DNA of 39,667 nt from an uncultured Clostridia bacterium (GTDB taxonomy: Bacteria; Bacillota; Clostridia; Christensenellales; Aristaeellaceae), in contig CALVTV010000034.1 of the NCBI GenBank assembly GCA_944363005.1, positions 1 to 39,667 of the forward strand. The letters run 5' to 3'. A program made the translations under genes and the position numbers. Of the stretch, positions 29,085 through 38,412 are shown piece by piece. The notes under the pieces were generated by a model. That model was not told where the DNA came from. It made no database searches and saw nothing but the letters and a program-made list of their open reading frames with translations. Every line of letters starts with the position of its first letter. The first letter of the stretch is position 1.

Positions 29085-30350
29085 TTACTCGTAAATCTTT
29101 TCAAACTGCGTGAAGCCTTCCGCCTCCAGCAGTTCAATCTGGTGCCCGACGTTTTTGCTCATCGGCAATACGGTCACCGTCGCGCCGCTCTGGCGCATCT
29201 GCATGGCCTTGGCAATGATTTCCGTCTTGCGCTCGCGGCTGACGCGGTTGCCGATCAGGTACGCCGATGCGTTTTTGAGCTTCATGCTCTCCTGCATGTG
29301 GTCCTTGAGGATCGTGACAATGCGCTCAAAGCCGATCGAAAATCCGCTCGCCGCGACATTCTGGCCGCTGAACTTGCCGATCATCTTGTCGTACCGTCCG
29401 CCGCCGGCAATCGAGAAATTGTAGCCGTCGATGGTGACCTCGAAAATCGGGCCCGTGTAATAGCCCATGCCGCGCACGAGCGTCGGGTCAAAGACAATCT
29501 TCACGCCCGGAGCGAGCATCGGCTTGACGCAGTCGATGATCTCCGCGAGGTTTTCGCGCACGCGCGCGGGCAGCACATCCTGCGGGATATCCCGGCAGAA
29601 CGCCTCGATGCTCACGCCCTCCTTGACCTCGCGGTAGACCGCCAGGTACTTGTCCACCGTCTCTTCGGCATAGCCGTTTTGCAGCAAATCCGCGCGGATG
29701 CCGTCCAGGCCGATTTTGTCAAACTTGTCCAGCGAGATGAGCACGGAACCGATCTGCTCTTCCTCAAAGCCCGCCGCCAGCGCCACCGCGCTGAGCATCT
29801 GGCGGTCATTGATGTGCACGGTGAAGTCCGTCACGCCAATTTCCGCAAAGATCTTGGAGAGCATGGAGGCGGTCGCCGTAATCAGCTCAATCTCCGCCAG
29901 GCTGCTCTCGTCGCCCAGGATGTCGATATCGCACTGGGTGAACTGGCGGAAGCGGCCCTTTTGCGGGTTGTCCGCGCGCCAAACGTTGCCAATCTGCATC
30001 GCCTTGAACGGCGTGGGCAGCTTTTCGCGGTTGCAGGCATAGTAACGCGCCAGCGGCACGGTCAAATCATAGCGAAGGCCGTTGTCCGCATACTCGCCGG
30101 TTCCCTTTTCAATGGCGCGCTGCAAATCTGCGCCGCGCTTCATGACCTTGAAGATCAGCTTCTCGTTGTCGCCGCCCTGCTTGGAGGTCAGGTTCTCAAT
30201 GTGCTCCATCACAGGCGTTTCAATCTGCATGAAGCCATAGGTCGCATACGTCGCCTTGATCATCGAGAGCACATGCTCGCGCAGGCGCATATCGGACGGG
30301 AGCATATCGCACATGCCTTTGACAGGCGTTTTGATGAATTTCATGGGCAT
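29085..30350 (-). CDS. hisS: histidine--tRNA ligase
   Basis: Class II aaRS motifs are present, including FRQFTQCDIDI and GGGRYDKMI, with a C-terminal anticodon-binding domain. Only 39 nt separate it from the ftsK stop. Confidence 0.9.
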   Translation of the reverse strand: MPMKFIKTPVKGMCDMLPSDMRLREHVLSMIKATYATYGFMQIETPVMEHIENLTSKQGGDNEKLIFKVMKRGADLQRAIEKGTGEYADNGLRYDLTVPLARYYACNREKLPTPFKAMQIGNVWRADNPQKGRFRQFTQCDIDILGDESSLAEIELITATASMLSKIFAEIGVTDFTVHINDRQMLSAVALAAGFEEEQIGSVLISLDKFDKIGLDGIRADLLQNGYAEETVDKYLAVYREVKEGVSIEAFCRDIPQDVLPARVRENLAEIIDCVKPMLAPGVKIVFDPTLVRGMGYYTGPIFEVTIDGYNFSIAGGGRYDKMIGKFSGQNVAASGFSIGFERIVTILKDHMQESMKLKNASAYLIGNRVSRERKTEIIAKAMQMRQSGATVTVLPMSKNVGHQIELLEAEGFTQFEKIYE

Positions 30351-30389
30351 ATTCCTTTCCCCGGCATGGCCGGTCGGACTTTATGGATT

Positions 30390-32318
30390 TCAATTCGCGG
30401 ACGATTCCTCGTTTTCCTGCATGCGGCGCCATTCCTCGCGCGAAATGAGCACCGTGCGCGGCTTGGTGGGGCCTTCGGCCTCGGCCGTGATGCCTCGCAG
30501 CGTCATCTCATCGACCAACCGGCCCGCGCGCGCATAACCCACGCGCAAGCGCCGTTGCAGCATGCTGATGGACACCTGTCCGGCTTCGACCGCCAGATCG
30601 ATGGCCTTGTTGAGCATCTCGTCCACGGGTTCCGCGCCCGTAGGCGCATCGCCTGCCGGAGCCTTTTCCTCCTCCGCGGCGCTGTTCATCTGCTCGATGA
30701 CGTCCTCATTGTACTCCGCCTGATGCTTGCCGCGCACGTAATCGACGATGCGCTGCACCTCGTCGTCGGAGACAAAGCAGCCCTGCACACGGGTGGGCTT
30801 GTTGGCCCCCTGCGGCGCATAGAGCATATCGCCCTTGCCCAGCAGCTTCTCCGCGCCGCCCGTGTCGAGGATGGTGCGGCTGTCGATCTGCGAGGAGACG
30901 GCAAAGGCGATCCGGCTGGGGATATTCGCCTTGATGACGCCCGTAATCACGTTGACCGACGGGCGCTGCGTGGCGATGACCAGGTGAATGCCCGCCGCGC
31001 GCGCCAGCTGGGCCAGGCGGCAGATCGACTCTTCAACCTCGCCCGGCGCGACCATCATCAGGTCCGCCAACTCGTCGATGATGACGATGATCTTGCTCAT
31101 CGGCTCCTCATCCGGCCCGATGGCGTTGTTGTAACCCGCGATGTTGCGCACGCCCATCGCCTCAAAGCGCTTGTAGCGGTGCTCCATCTCCACCACGGCC
31201 CAAGACAGCGCCGCGGACGCCTTCTTCGGATCGGTCACCACCGGCACCAGCAGGTGCGGAATCCCGTTGTACACGGAGAGTTCCACGACCTTCGGGTCGA
31301 TCAGGATGAGCCGCACCTCGCGCGGCGAAGCGCGATAGATGATCGAGTTGATGATCGTGTTGATACAAACGGATTTGCCCGAACCCGTCGCGCCGGCGAT
31401 GAGCACATGGGGCATCTTCGCCAAATCCGCCACCACCGGCGTGCCGGAGATGCCCTTGCCAAGCGCCACAGCCGTCGGCGACTTCTGCCGGGTCATCTCC
31501 TGACTCTCGAGCACGTCGCGCAGGCAAACCGTCTCGATCTTTTCGTTGGGGATCTCAATGCCCACAGCGGGCTTGCCCGGAATCGGGGCCTCGATGCGCA
31601 CGCCTTCGGACGCCATGTTCAGCGCGATGTCGTCCACCAGTCCGACGATGCGCGAAACCTTGACGCCCGGCGCAGGCTGCAATTCATAGCGGGTGATCGC
31701 CGGGCCATGTGTGACGTGCGTCAGCTTGGCCTGCACGCCAAAGCTCTCCAGCGTGGAAAGCAATTTGCGCGCGCCCGACTCAATTTTCGCGTTCAAGTTG
31801 GGATCTTGCGTGGTATTGGCCCGGTCCAGCAGGTCGATGGGCGGATACATGTACGCCTCTTCGACCACGGGCGGCGCCGTATGCGTATCGCCCTTGGGCA
31901 TGACCACCGGCGTGCCGTCCATCCTGTTCTCGCGAAGTTGCACAATTGTATCCTGACGCACGGGCTGAGCGGGCGTCTGCTGCGGCCGGGTGACGTCCAC
32001 GGGCTTGCGCTGCACGCCGCGCGCGGGAATGGACGACGGCGCCGTATACGAGCTCGCCGAGAACGGCGCAAACTGCGCGTCCGGCTCGTGAACCGGCGTC
32101 ACCAGTGTTTCTTCCATCCAGACCGGTTCCTCTTCGGGTTCGGGCTGAACGACCGGTTCTTCCGGCTCCAGCGGTACCACTTCCTGAGGAGCCTCTTCCT
32201 CCGGCATCTCCGTCACGACGGTGTAGTCTTCCTGCATCTGCTCGGGCTGCGCCGGCTCGTTTCTTTGTACCGCCTGCGTCTGCATCCCATAGAGGAACTC
32301 GTTTTCCGCTTCCTGCAT
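30390..32318 (-). CDS. ftsK: FtsK/SpoIIIE DNA translocase, linker + motor + gamma-domain fragment
   Basis: It has Walker A (GATGSGKS), the FtsK alpha/beta motor and a C-terminal winged-helix gamma domain (SISMLQRRLRVGYARAGRLVDEM). It is in the same frame as the upstream membrane fragment, separated only by TAG 32405-32403. There is no SD before ATG 32318. Confidence 0.85.
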   Translation of the reverse strand: MQEAENEFLYGMQTQAVQRNEPAQPEQMQEDYTVVTEMPEEEAPQEVVPLEPEEPVVQPEPEEEPVWMEETLVTPVHEPDAQFAPFSASSYTAPSSIPARGVQRKPVDVTRPQQTPAQPVRQDTIVQLRENRMDGTPVVMPKGDTHTAPPVVEEAYMYPPIDLLDRANTTQDPNLNAKIESGARKLLSTLESFGVQAKLTHVTHGPAITRYELQPAPGVKVSRIVGLVDDIALNMASEGVRIEAPIPGKPAVGIEIPNEKIETVCLRDVLESQEMTRQKSPTAVALGKGISGTPVVADLAKMPHVLIAGATGSGKSVCINTIINSIIYRASPREVRLILIDPKVVELSVYNGIPHLLVPVVTDPKKASAALSWAVVEMEHRYKRFEAMGVRNIAGYNNAIGPDEEPMSKIIVIIDELADLMMVAPGEVEESICRLAQLARAAGIHLVIATQRPSVNVITGVIKANIPSRIAFAVSSQIDSRTILDTGGAEKLLGKGDMLYAPQGANKPTRVQGCFVSDDEVQRIVDYVRGKHQAEYNEDVIEQMNSAAEEEKAPAGDAPTGAEPVDEMLNKAIDLAVEAGQVSISMLQRRLRVGYARAGRLVDEMTLRGITAEAEGPTKPRTVLISREEWRRMQENEESSAN

Positions 32319-32402
32319 CGTAAACGCGCCCCGGCGGCGGCGCTCACGCGGGTCCCGGCGCTCGTCGATGTCTACGCGCTCAAACTCATCGCTTCGCTCA
32401 AT

Positions 32403-33374
32403 CTATAGCGGCGTCTCCCGCAGGCGGCGAACCGGCGCCGGACGCGGCGCACTTGGCACCGCGGGCTGCTCAAACAGCGGTTCAGGCGAAGGCGCCTGCG
32501 GTTCGAGCACCTGCAACTTCGCGCGGCTCTTTCGCTTGGCCGGTTGCGGAGGGGGCGTTTCCTGCTCTTCTTCCGCTCTTTGCGCCTCTTCGCGCGCCAG
32601 GCGCTCCTGCAACGCTTTTTCGCGCTCTTCGCGCTTGCGTTGGCGTTCCTCGGCCAGCGCGCGCTCTTCCTCCAGCGCTTCATCTTCCCGGGCGCGCTGC
32701 AGGGCCTGCTGCTCTTCGCGCATTTCCCGCCGCTGGGCGCGCCAGTCCTCCAGCCATTCCATCAGGTTCATGCCCACGTTGGTCAGCGATATGCCCGTGA
32801 GCACCATGAGCACCATCACGCAGGCAAAGGCGAGCATCAAAACCGCGCCCCACACATCCAGCGCCTTGTACAGCGGATACGCGAGGAACGCGCCAATCAG
32901 GCCGCCGCCGCTGCAATTGTAGGAGTCGTATTGATACGAGCGCGAAAGAAAGCTGAGATAATTGACCTCGCGCCCGTCCGCGATAAGCGCGCCGTTGATC
33001 AGGTTCACGCGGAACATTTGAAAAATCGTTTCAACAAACAAAAACAGAAGCGCGCCGCAGATCATGGTGCGCATGCTCATGCGCCTGCTGGAGAAAAAGA
33101 CGAGCGTTACGCCCGCCCAACAGACCATCAGGGGCAAGAGCAGACAAAGCGTGCCGCCCAGGCCGCGCACAACCACGACGCACTGATTCAAAAAGCCGCC
33201 GCCCGACGGAATGAATTGGCAGGCCAACGCCAGCAGGCCCAAACAAAGCACCGCAATGCCGATGACCCCACGCAGCTCGACGCCCTTGCCCCCTCTTTGA
33301 CGCGAGGGCGAGCCGCGCTTTCCGCTGACCTTCCGCCTGGACGTCTTCTTTTTGGTTGCCGCCTTTTTGGCCAT
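32403..33374 (-). CDS. ftsK: FtsK/SpoIIIE N-terminal membrane domain + charged coiled-coil fragment, ending at an in-frame TAG
   Basis: It has a basic N-terminus (MAKKAATKKK), four hydrophobic helices and an E/R/A-rich linker. ATG 33374 is preceded by GGGAGG. Confidence 0.8.
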   Translation of the reverse strand: MAKKAATKKKTSRRKVSGKRGSPSRQRGGKGVELRGVIGIAVLCLGLLALACQFIPSGGGFLNQCVVVVRGLGGTLCLLLPLMVCWAGVTLVFFSSRRMSMRTMICGALLFLFVETIFQMFRVNLINGALIADGREVNYLSFLSRSYQYDSYNCSGGGLIGAFLAYPLYKALDVWGAVLMLAFACVMVLMVLTGISLTNVGMNLMEWLEDWRAQRREMREEQQALQRAREDEALEEERALAEERQRKREEREKALQERLAREEAQRAEEEQETPPPQPAKRKSRAKLQVLEPQAPSPEPLFEQPAVPSAPRPAPVRRLRETPL

Positions 33375-33451
33375 CTTCCGACCTCCCGTGATTTCACACT
33401 TCCGCCAATGCCATATACAAAAGAATCTGCCTGAACACAATCAGTCAGATT

Positions 33452-33480
33452 ATTATAGCACATTTCGGTTTTTCAGTAAA
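33452..33480 (-). promoter_or_regulatory. sigma-A type promoter (extended -10) for ftsK
   Basis: The minus strand reads TTTACT (33480-33475), a 17-nt spacer ending in TGC, then TATAAT (33457-33452). Confidence 0.5.
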
Positions 33481-34636
33481 GACTTTCCGGCATCGCTTCA
33501 TGCAGGATCAGGCAGGAGAGCACGCCCTCCTCGTCCAGATGCACCTCGAGTACATGGCCTGCCAGGGTGTACATCAGGCTCTGTCCCGGAACAAGCAAAG
33601 CATCGAAGGCTTCATCCTCATCATAGGCGACCTCCTTGTCCGGCTCTCCGAGCAGGGCCAGAACCTCCTCGCGCGTCGTCCGGCCCGTCATCAGTCCATG
33701 CAGGCCGATGCACGAAGCCCGGATGGCGGATACCGGCGTGTCCTCATCCGCCGTTTCCGCGTATTTGGGAATCTCCACCGCCCAGCCGCGCGGCCCCTTG
33801 ACGGGATAGACCTTGGCCATCGTCGTAAAGTCCGGGTCCTCCAGCCCCTGGTTCTCCTCCACAGACCGAAGCGTCTGGCCCAGGGCAAGATCGCTCACCG
33901 CCCCAAAGCTGCCCTCGCCGACAGCCTGTTCAATCGCCTGCGCGTCGGCGCTCTGCGGACGGGAGAGCTCGTAAACCGGGCTTTCTTCCCCAATGTACGC
34001 CTCCAGTTCATGCCAGGCGAAGTAGACCGAACCGCTTGTTCCGTCGAAATTGCGGTATTTGTCGCCCTGATAGTACACCGTCAGGCCCCATTCGTCAAAG
34101 GCGAAACAGTCGCGCGGCATCGGCAGCAGCTCCGCCACCTCAATATAGCTGTTCATCGAAGCCAGGATTTCCTCCGAGATGATGGCTTCCATGGCCGACG
34201 CGGCGGCATCCGGATCGCTGAAGAGCTGATCAAACGTGACCTCTTCGCCCGTCTCCAGATCCATCGTGAGCGTAAACACGCGGCTGCCGTCCGAATCGTC
34301 CGCCTGTGTACCCTGCCAAATCAGGGCCATGGAAGCGATCCGGCCGTCCTGATAGACAACCGCCGATTGCCCAATCTGCGCGCCGGCGCGTCTGGCCGCC
34401 TGCTGGGCCTCCGCAGGCTGAAACCGAATATCCATGAGCGCCTTCATCGCGGCCACCTGCGCATCGGCGGCGGCCTGTTCTTCCTCGTTCAGCTCTTCCT
34501 CGCTTTCAAACTGAGGATAGAGCACCACCAAATGGCTGTTGAGTTCATCCATCTCCGTAATGCCCACCGAAAAATCCGCCAAAGCCAATGCAGGCATCAG
34601 CAAAGCGCATGCAAAGGCACAAAACCATCGTTTCAT
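33473..34636 (-). CDS. secreted protein, DUF3298/RsiV-like fold suspected
   Basis: It has a signal peptide (MKRWFCAFACALLMPALALA). The middle region resembles DUF3298 proteins (TFDQLFSDPDAA...FAFDEWGLTVYYQ). ATG 34636 is preceded by AGAGGTGA, and the track start at 34642 is a TTG. Confidence 0.55.
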   Translation of the reverse strand: MKRWFCAFACALLMPALALADFSVGITEMDELNSHLVVLYPQFESEEELNEEEQAAADAQVAAMKALMDIRFQPAEAQQAARRAGAQIGQSAVVYQDGRIASMALIWQGTQADDSDGSRVFTLTMDLETGEEVTFDQLFSDPDAAASAMEAIISEEILASMNSYIEVAELLPMPRDCFAFDEWGLTVYYQGDKYRNFDGTSGSVYFAWHELEAYIGEESPVYELSRPQSADAQAIEQAVGEGSFGAVSDLALGQTLRSVEENQGLEDPDFTTMAKVYPVKGPRGWAVEIPKYAETADEDTPVSAIRASCIGLHGLMTGRTTREEVLALLGEPDKEVAYDEDEAFDALLVPGQSLMYTLAGHVLEVHLDEEGVLSCLILHEAMPESLY

Positions 34637-34657
34637 TCGCAATCACCTCTGTATGTC

Positions 34658-34686
34658 ATGATAGGGCAAAAAACGTCCATTGTCAA
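34658..34686 (-). promoter_or_regulatory. sigma-A type promoter for the DUF3298-like gene
   Basis: The minus strand reads TTGACA (34686-34681), a 17-nt spacer, then TATCAT (34663-34658). Confidence 0.55.
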
Positions 34687-34740
34687 GAAAACGAATGACC
34701 GCCCCGTTTTCATCCCCAGTTTTGAAATTTTCTTTCTATT

Positions 34741-35313
34741 CTAAAAGAGGATGGGTTGCAGCTGCCTGCCCTCCAGCGCCGCTTCCACAGCCGGATAAAT
34801 CTTCGTAAAATCCGCCACGCAGCTCGTAGGCTTGCTGCGGAAATCGTCCTGCTCAAACGGCACGAAAAAAACGCCCTTGCGATTCATGAGCATGCCGATT
34901 CCCGCCGCGGAACCGGAAAGCGCGTCATTCGTGGAAACCGCAATGAGCACGGGCCGGTCGTTGCGCCGGTGGCTCTTGAAGGCCAATGTCGGCGCGGTAT
35001 CGTAAATGCCGCAGGCGAGCTTGCCCAGCGTGTTGCCTGTACAGGGCGCGATCAGCAGCAAATCCAGCAATTTCTTGGGCCCGATGGGTTCGGCCTGGGC
35101 GATGGTATGGATGACCTTTTCCCCGGTAATCGCCTCCGCCTGCGCTACCCAATCCGCCGCGCGCCCAAATCGCGTGTCCGTGGTGAAGACGTTTTCCGAC
35201 ATGATCGGCGTCACACGAAAGCCGGCCTCGGCCAGCTGGCGCATCTGGGGCATAACGTCTTTAAACGTGCAAAAAGAACCCGTCATCGCAAACCCGATCC
35301 GAATTTCAGCCAT
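34741..35313 (-). CDS. dpaB: dipicolinate synthase subunit B (SpoVFB)
   Basis: 190-aa flavoprotein-like sequence (MAEIRIGFAMTGSFCTF...LLIAPCTGNTLGKLA). ATG 35313 overlaps the dpaA 3' end by 8 nt. Stop is TAG. Confidence 0.9.
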   Translation of the reverse strand: MAEIRIGFAMTGSFCTFKDVMPQMRQLAEAGFRVTPIMSENVFTTDTRFGRAADWVAQAEAITGEKVIHTIAQAEPIGPKKLLDLLLIAPCTGNTLGKLACGIYDTAPTLAFKSHRRNDRPVLIAVSTNDALSGSAAGIGMLMNRKGVFFVPFEQDDFRSKPTSCVADFTKIYPAVEAALEGRQLQPILF

Positions 35314-36124
35314 TGCTCTTCTCCTCCTGCCCTCTTGCCCAATGGCGCTTTGCGACATCAAAGAGTGCCGCGCCCGCTTCGTGGGGCGCGTAACGCCCCG
35401 GCACACCGCTCTCCATCTCCACCTGCACGCCAAGGGACCGGGCAAGCGTCCAGTCCGCTCCGTACGGCGCGCTGGCCAATTCCAAAACCAGGGTTTCCAT
35501 GCCGATGGCGCGCAAGGCGTCTTCCCCAAGCACACGCGCCGGCACGGTATTGAGAATGAGATCCGCCACGCCCACCGCGCTGGGGATCTGCGAAAGCGGC
35601 ACAGGATGTGCCCCGGCCGCATGCGCCGCGCGCATCTGCATCTCATTGCGCGCACAGACGATGACAAACGCCCCCATCGCGCACAGCCTTGCGCAGAGTT
35701 CCTGCCCAATGCGGCCATATCCGGTAATCAGGCAGGTGCTGCCCAACAGCGCATGTTCCATCCGCTGCATCGCCCGGCAAATCGCGCCTTCTGCCGTCAG
35801 CTGCGCATTGCGGCGCAGAAAGAGTTCGTCGCTTGACGGGTCGATGGCTTGAGCGACAGGCAGACTCTCCGGCAATCCCTTGCCATGGATGAGCAGGCGG
35901 CACGCCGGCAGACTGGCCAAGACGTCCTCCTGTTTGCCTCCCTCGTGCGGGGGAGAGACGACGAGCCGCCCTTCTTTAAAGCTGTATGGCCATGGAAGCA
36001 TGACCACATCCGCCTCTCCCCCGGACACTCCGTCCGGTTTCCATTCTCCCTCCCAGCCCGCGTGCCGGGCTGCCTCGACCGCGCCCAACATCCGGCGGTC
36101 TCCGCCTATGGCCAACAATTTCAT
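35306..36124 (-). CDS. dpaA: dipicolinate synthase subunit A (SpoVFA)
   Basis: It has an NAD-binding motif (ITGYGRIGQELCARL) and a DpaA-like N-terminus (MKLLAIGGDRR). ATG 36124 is preceded by GGGAGGGG. Confidence 0.85.
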   Translation of the reverse strand: MKLLAIGGDRRMLGAVEAARHAGWEGEWKPDGVSGGEADVVMLPWPYSFKEGRLVVSPPHEGGKQEDVLASLPACRLLIHGKGLPESLPVAQAIDPSSDELFLRRNAQLTAEGAICRAMQRMEHALLGSTCLITGYGRIGQELCARLCAMGAFVIVCARNEMQMRAAHAAGAHPVPLSQIPSAVGVADLILNTVPARVLGEDALRAIGMETLVLELASAPYGADWTLARSLGVQVEMESGVPGRYAPHEAGAALFDVAKRHWARGQEEKSNG

Positions 36125-36218
36125 TGCATCCCCTCCCCCCGAGGGTATGCGCAGGGGAGGCCAGGCATGCCCTTTATACGGGTTCAAGTCAAAACCAGTT
36201 TCATCGCGCATTGATGGC

Positions 36219-36251
36219 AAACGAAAAGAGAGCCGGCAAAATCCGGCCCTC
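36219..36251 (-). terminator. intrinsic terminator of spoIIE
   Basis: On the minus strand, the 9-bp stem GAGGGCCGG/CCGGCTCTC (one G-U pair) is followed by TTTTCGTTT. Confidence 0.7.
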
Positions 36252-36321
36252 GCTCAGTCCAGGTTCTGGTGAAGCTCCGCTTGGCGCACGTGAAATCGCG
36301 GCCTTCTCTCCGCTTCAAGCG

Positions 36322-38412
36322 CTATTGTATGGACGCGCGGCGAACCCGTGCGCACAGCACCGCCATGTCGTCCTGAGCCTCGCCCGTGCCCAGTGCCTGG
36401 GCAATCAGCTTTTCTCCGACGGCCTGCGGATGCAGCCATGCAACCTTTGCAATCGCCTCGCACAGTGCCTGTTCTCCACCCGGATACGATTCTGCCACAC
36501 CATCCGTCATCATGACCACCACATCATTCTCTTGCAGCGTCATTCTCAGCGATCTTGCCTCCACTTCCGGCAAAACGCCGACAGGAAGCGTGTCAGCGCC
36601 GATTGAGCGAACCTCTCCGTCGCGCACCACATAGGACGCACAGGCACCCAGCTTCTCAAACGCCGTTTCTCCGCTGTGCAGGTCACATACGCACAGATCC
36701 ATCGTCGCATACATTTCGCGTCCTGTACACATGAGCATCAGCGCATTGACCACGTCCAGCGCCTGCGCCCGCGTATAGCCCGCCCGCAGGCTTTCAACCA
36801 TGAGCGACAACGCCGCGTGGCTCTCCTGCCGGGCGCTCACGCCGCTGCCCATCCCGTCCGAGAGCGCCAGCACATGCCTTCCGCCGGACAACGCACGCGA
36901 AACATAGCTGTCCCCGGCGACTTCTTCTCCGGAGCGGCTACGCGTGGCCGTGCCCACCTCAATGTCCAGCATCGGAACCTGCTCGAAAAGCGCCTGCGTG
37001 CATAGCAGCCCCTCCCGCATGCAGGGCCGCATGGCCACCCCGCAAGCCCGCGTGACGACGCTTTGCAACGTCACCGGCGCCACGTCTTCCGGCTTGAGCA
37101 GCAGCACCTCCATGTGACCGCCAATGCGCAGGGCATATGCCACGCGAATTTGCTCCATTCCCGCGTGAAGCAACTCATAGCGAATCCGGCGATAGGCGTC
37201 GTCATCCGGGTGAATTTCGCTGAGCGTGCGCTCGCAGACCTGATGCGCCGCAACGCTCGTCTTCTTCAGCAGCTCGATGCATTGCCGGGTGAGCGGATTC
37301 TCCTCGCCCTCCAGGCAAAGCCCTTCCATCATCCTCGCGGTGTCCTGATACAGCTGTGCCCAGGAGTGAATCATCGACGCGCAGCGCACCGCCACCGCCT
37401 CGGATTGGCTCATGCCCTCGGGGTCACTGCGTTCAATGAGAGCCGTGACCGCAGAACGCCGGGTCGGGCTCAGCACGAGAAATGGAGCGAGCCCCGGCAA
37501 GCAAAACACCAGCAAGCGCACGCGCTCCGCCTCTCCGCCCAGCAACGCGGCCGAAGCGCCCATGCCCAGGACCATCAGCAGCGCGCAAAGCCCCCTCTGC
37601 TGCACCTTGATCTCCGCCGCCAGAAAGCCGCCGCAGATCAGCATGGCCAACGGCTGCACATCCAGGGCGAGCACGGACAATACGCCCCCGAGCACCCCCG
37701 CGCACAACAGCGCCTGCTGCACACCGCCCGTATACGCATGCTCGAGGGTCAAATACAGCGCCAAGGCGCACGCGACGGCTTCACCTCCCGGCAGCGGATA
37801 CATGCCCGCGATCAGCGAAGCGCAAACGGCCATCACACACAGCGGCCTTGTCTCTCCGTCGAGCTCGTCCCTGTGGCAGATGCTCAGCGCCGCCCCGCAG
37901 TACAGCACGCTTAGCGCCCCGGCCGCCACCGCGGTCAGCACCGTCGTCGCCACGTCGAGCGGGGAATCCAGACCCGTGAGCGCAAAGCAACTCAGTTGCG
38001 CGAGCGCAACCGCTGCCGCCAGCGCACGACGGCTCTGCCTGCGAGCCCACAGGCATGCGCTCAGCCAAAGCATGGCGCACAGAGGCAGTTGCCAACACTG
38101 GAGCAGGTTCCCCGTTCCATAGCTGAAAACAAACCCGGCCATGACCCCGACAAACGCCGCCGGCACACAATAACCCAATCGCAGCAGCACGCCAAACATG
38201 GCCACCTGACACGCATACCCGCCGCCCGGCAGTTGCGCCCCCGTCAGCACAGCCATCATCACGGCACACAGCATGCGTGCGAGCGGTTTTCCCGTGTCCC
38301 GAAGTGTGTCCGCAATGCCGGAAAACAACGCATCCAATGCCGAACGCCCCACCTGCCGCGGTGCACGCATGCCCTCTTGCCGCGGATGCACCGTCATGGT
38401 ATCCTGTGCCAT
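36322..38412 (-). CDS. spoIIE: stage II sporulation protein E (membrane PP2C phosphatase)
   Basis: It has a roughly 10-TM N-terminal half and a C-terminal PP2C domain (GDSY...LSDGMGSG...MMTDGV). ATG 38412 (MAQDTM) is preceded by GGGGGGA, and upstream ORF sequence overlaps a terminator. Stop is TAG. Confidence 0.85.
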   Translation of the reverse strand: MAQDTMTVHPRQEGMRAPRQVGRSALDALFSGIADTLRDTGKPLARMLCAVMMAVLTGAQLPGGGYACQVAMFGVLLRLGYCVPAAFVGVMAGFVFSYGTGNLLQCWQLPLCAMLWLSACLWARRQSRRALAAAVALAQLSCFALTGLDSPLDVATTVLTAVAAGALSVLYCGAALSICHRDELDGETRPLCVMAVCASLIAGMYPLPGGEAVACALALYLTLEHAYTGGVQQALLCAGVLGGVLSVLALDVQPLAMLICGGFLAAEIKVQQRGLCALLMVLGMGASAALLGGEAERVRLLVFCLPGLAPFLVLSPTRRSAVTALIERSDPEGMSQSEAVAVRCASMIHSWAQLYQDTARMMEGLCLEGEENPLTRQCIELLKKTSVAAHQVCERTLSEIHPDDDAYRRIRYELLHAGMEQIRVAYALRIGGHMEVLLLKPEDVAPVTLQSVVTRACGVAMRPCMREGLLCTQALFEQVPMLDIEVGTATRSRSGEEVAGDSYVSRALSGGRHVLALSDGMGSGVSARQESHAALSLMVESLRAGYTRAQALDVVNALMLMCTGREMYATMDLCVCDLHSGETAFEKLGACASYVVRDGEVRSIGADTLPVGVLPEVEARSLRMTLQENDVVVMMTDGVAESYPGGEQALCEAIAKVAWLHPQAVGEKLIAQALGTGEAQDDMAVLCARVRRASIQ

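Noticed and set aside
30351-30389. T-box leader upstream of hisS
   Set aside because: The gap to the ftsK stop is only 39 nt, which leaves no room for a T-box and no specifier or T-box sequence.
32403-32405. The in-frame TAG in ftsK read as a pyrrolysine or recoded codon
   Set aside because: TAG terminates dpaB (34741-34743) and spoIIE (36322-36324) at sensible positions. Of 32 gene ends read here, 19 are TGA, 11 TAA and 2 TAG. No pyl genes are in the window, and nothing about a low-complexity FtsK linker suggests Pyl. An error or a nonsense mutation is far more likely.
29142-32408. 1088-aa plus-strand ORF spanning the hisS and ftsK region
   Set aside because: It is antisense to two well-supported genes and has the same Arg/His/Ala/Leu-rich shadow composition. 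It has no RBS or promoter.
34741-35718. Long N-terminal extensions of track ORFs (dpaB to 35718, U32 to 24760, trxA to 28916, nitroreductase from 6145, DUF421 from 7082, spoIIE to 38598, recD2 to 23387)
   Set aside because: The extensions overlap the upstream gene, a terminator or a promoter, and translate to Arg/Pro/Cys-rich nonsense. Internal starts with proper SD sequences give proteins of canonical length.
36125-36218. Sigma-K type promoter (AC-17-CATAnnnT) for dpaAB, based on CATACCCT
   Set aside because: The CATA element is only about 25 nt from the ATG, so the TSS would fall within the RBS. No AC sits at the expected -35 position. The real dpaAB promoter could not be identified by eye.
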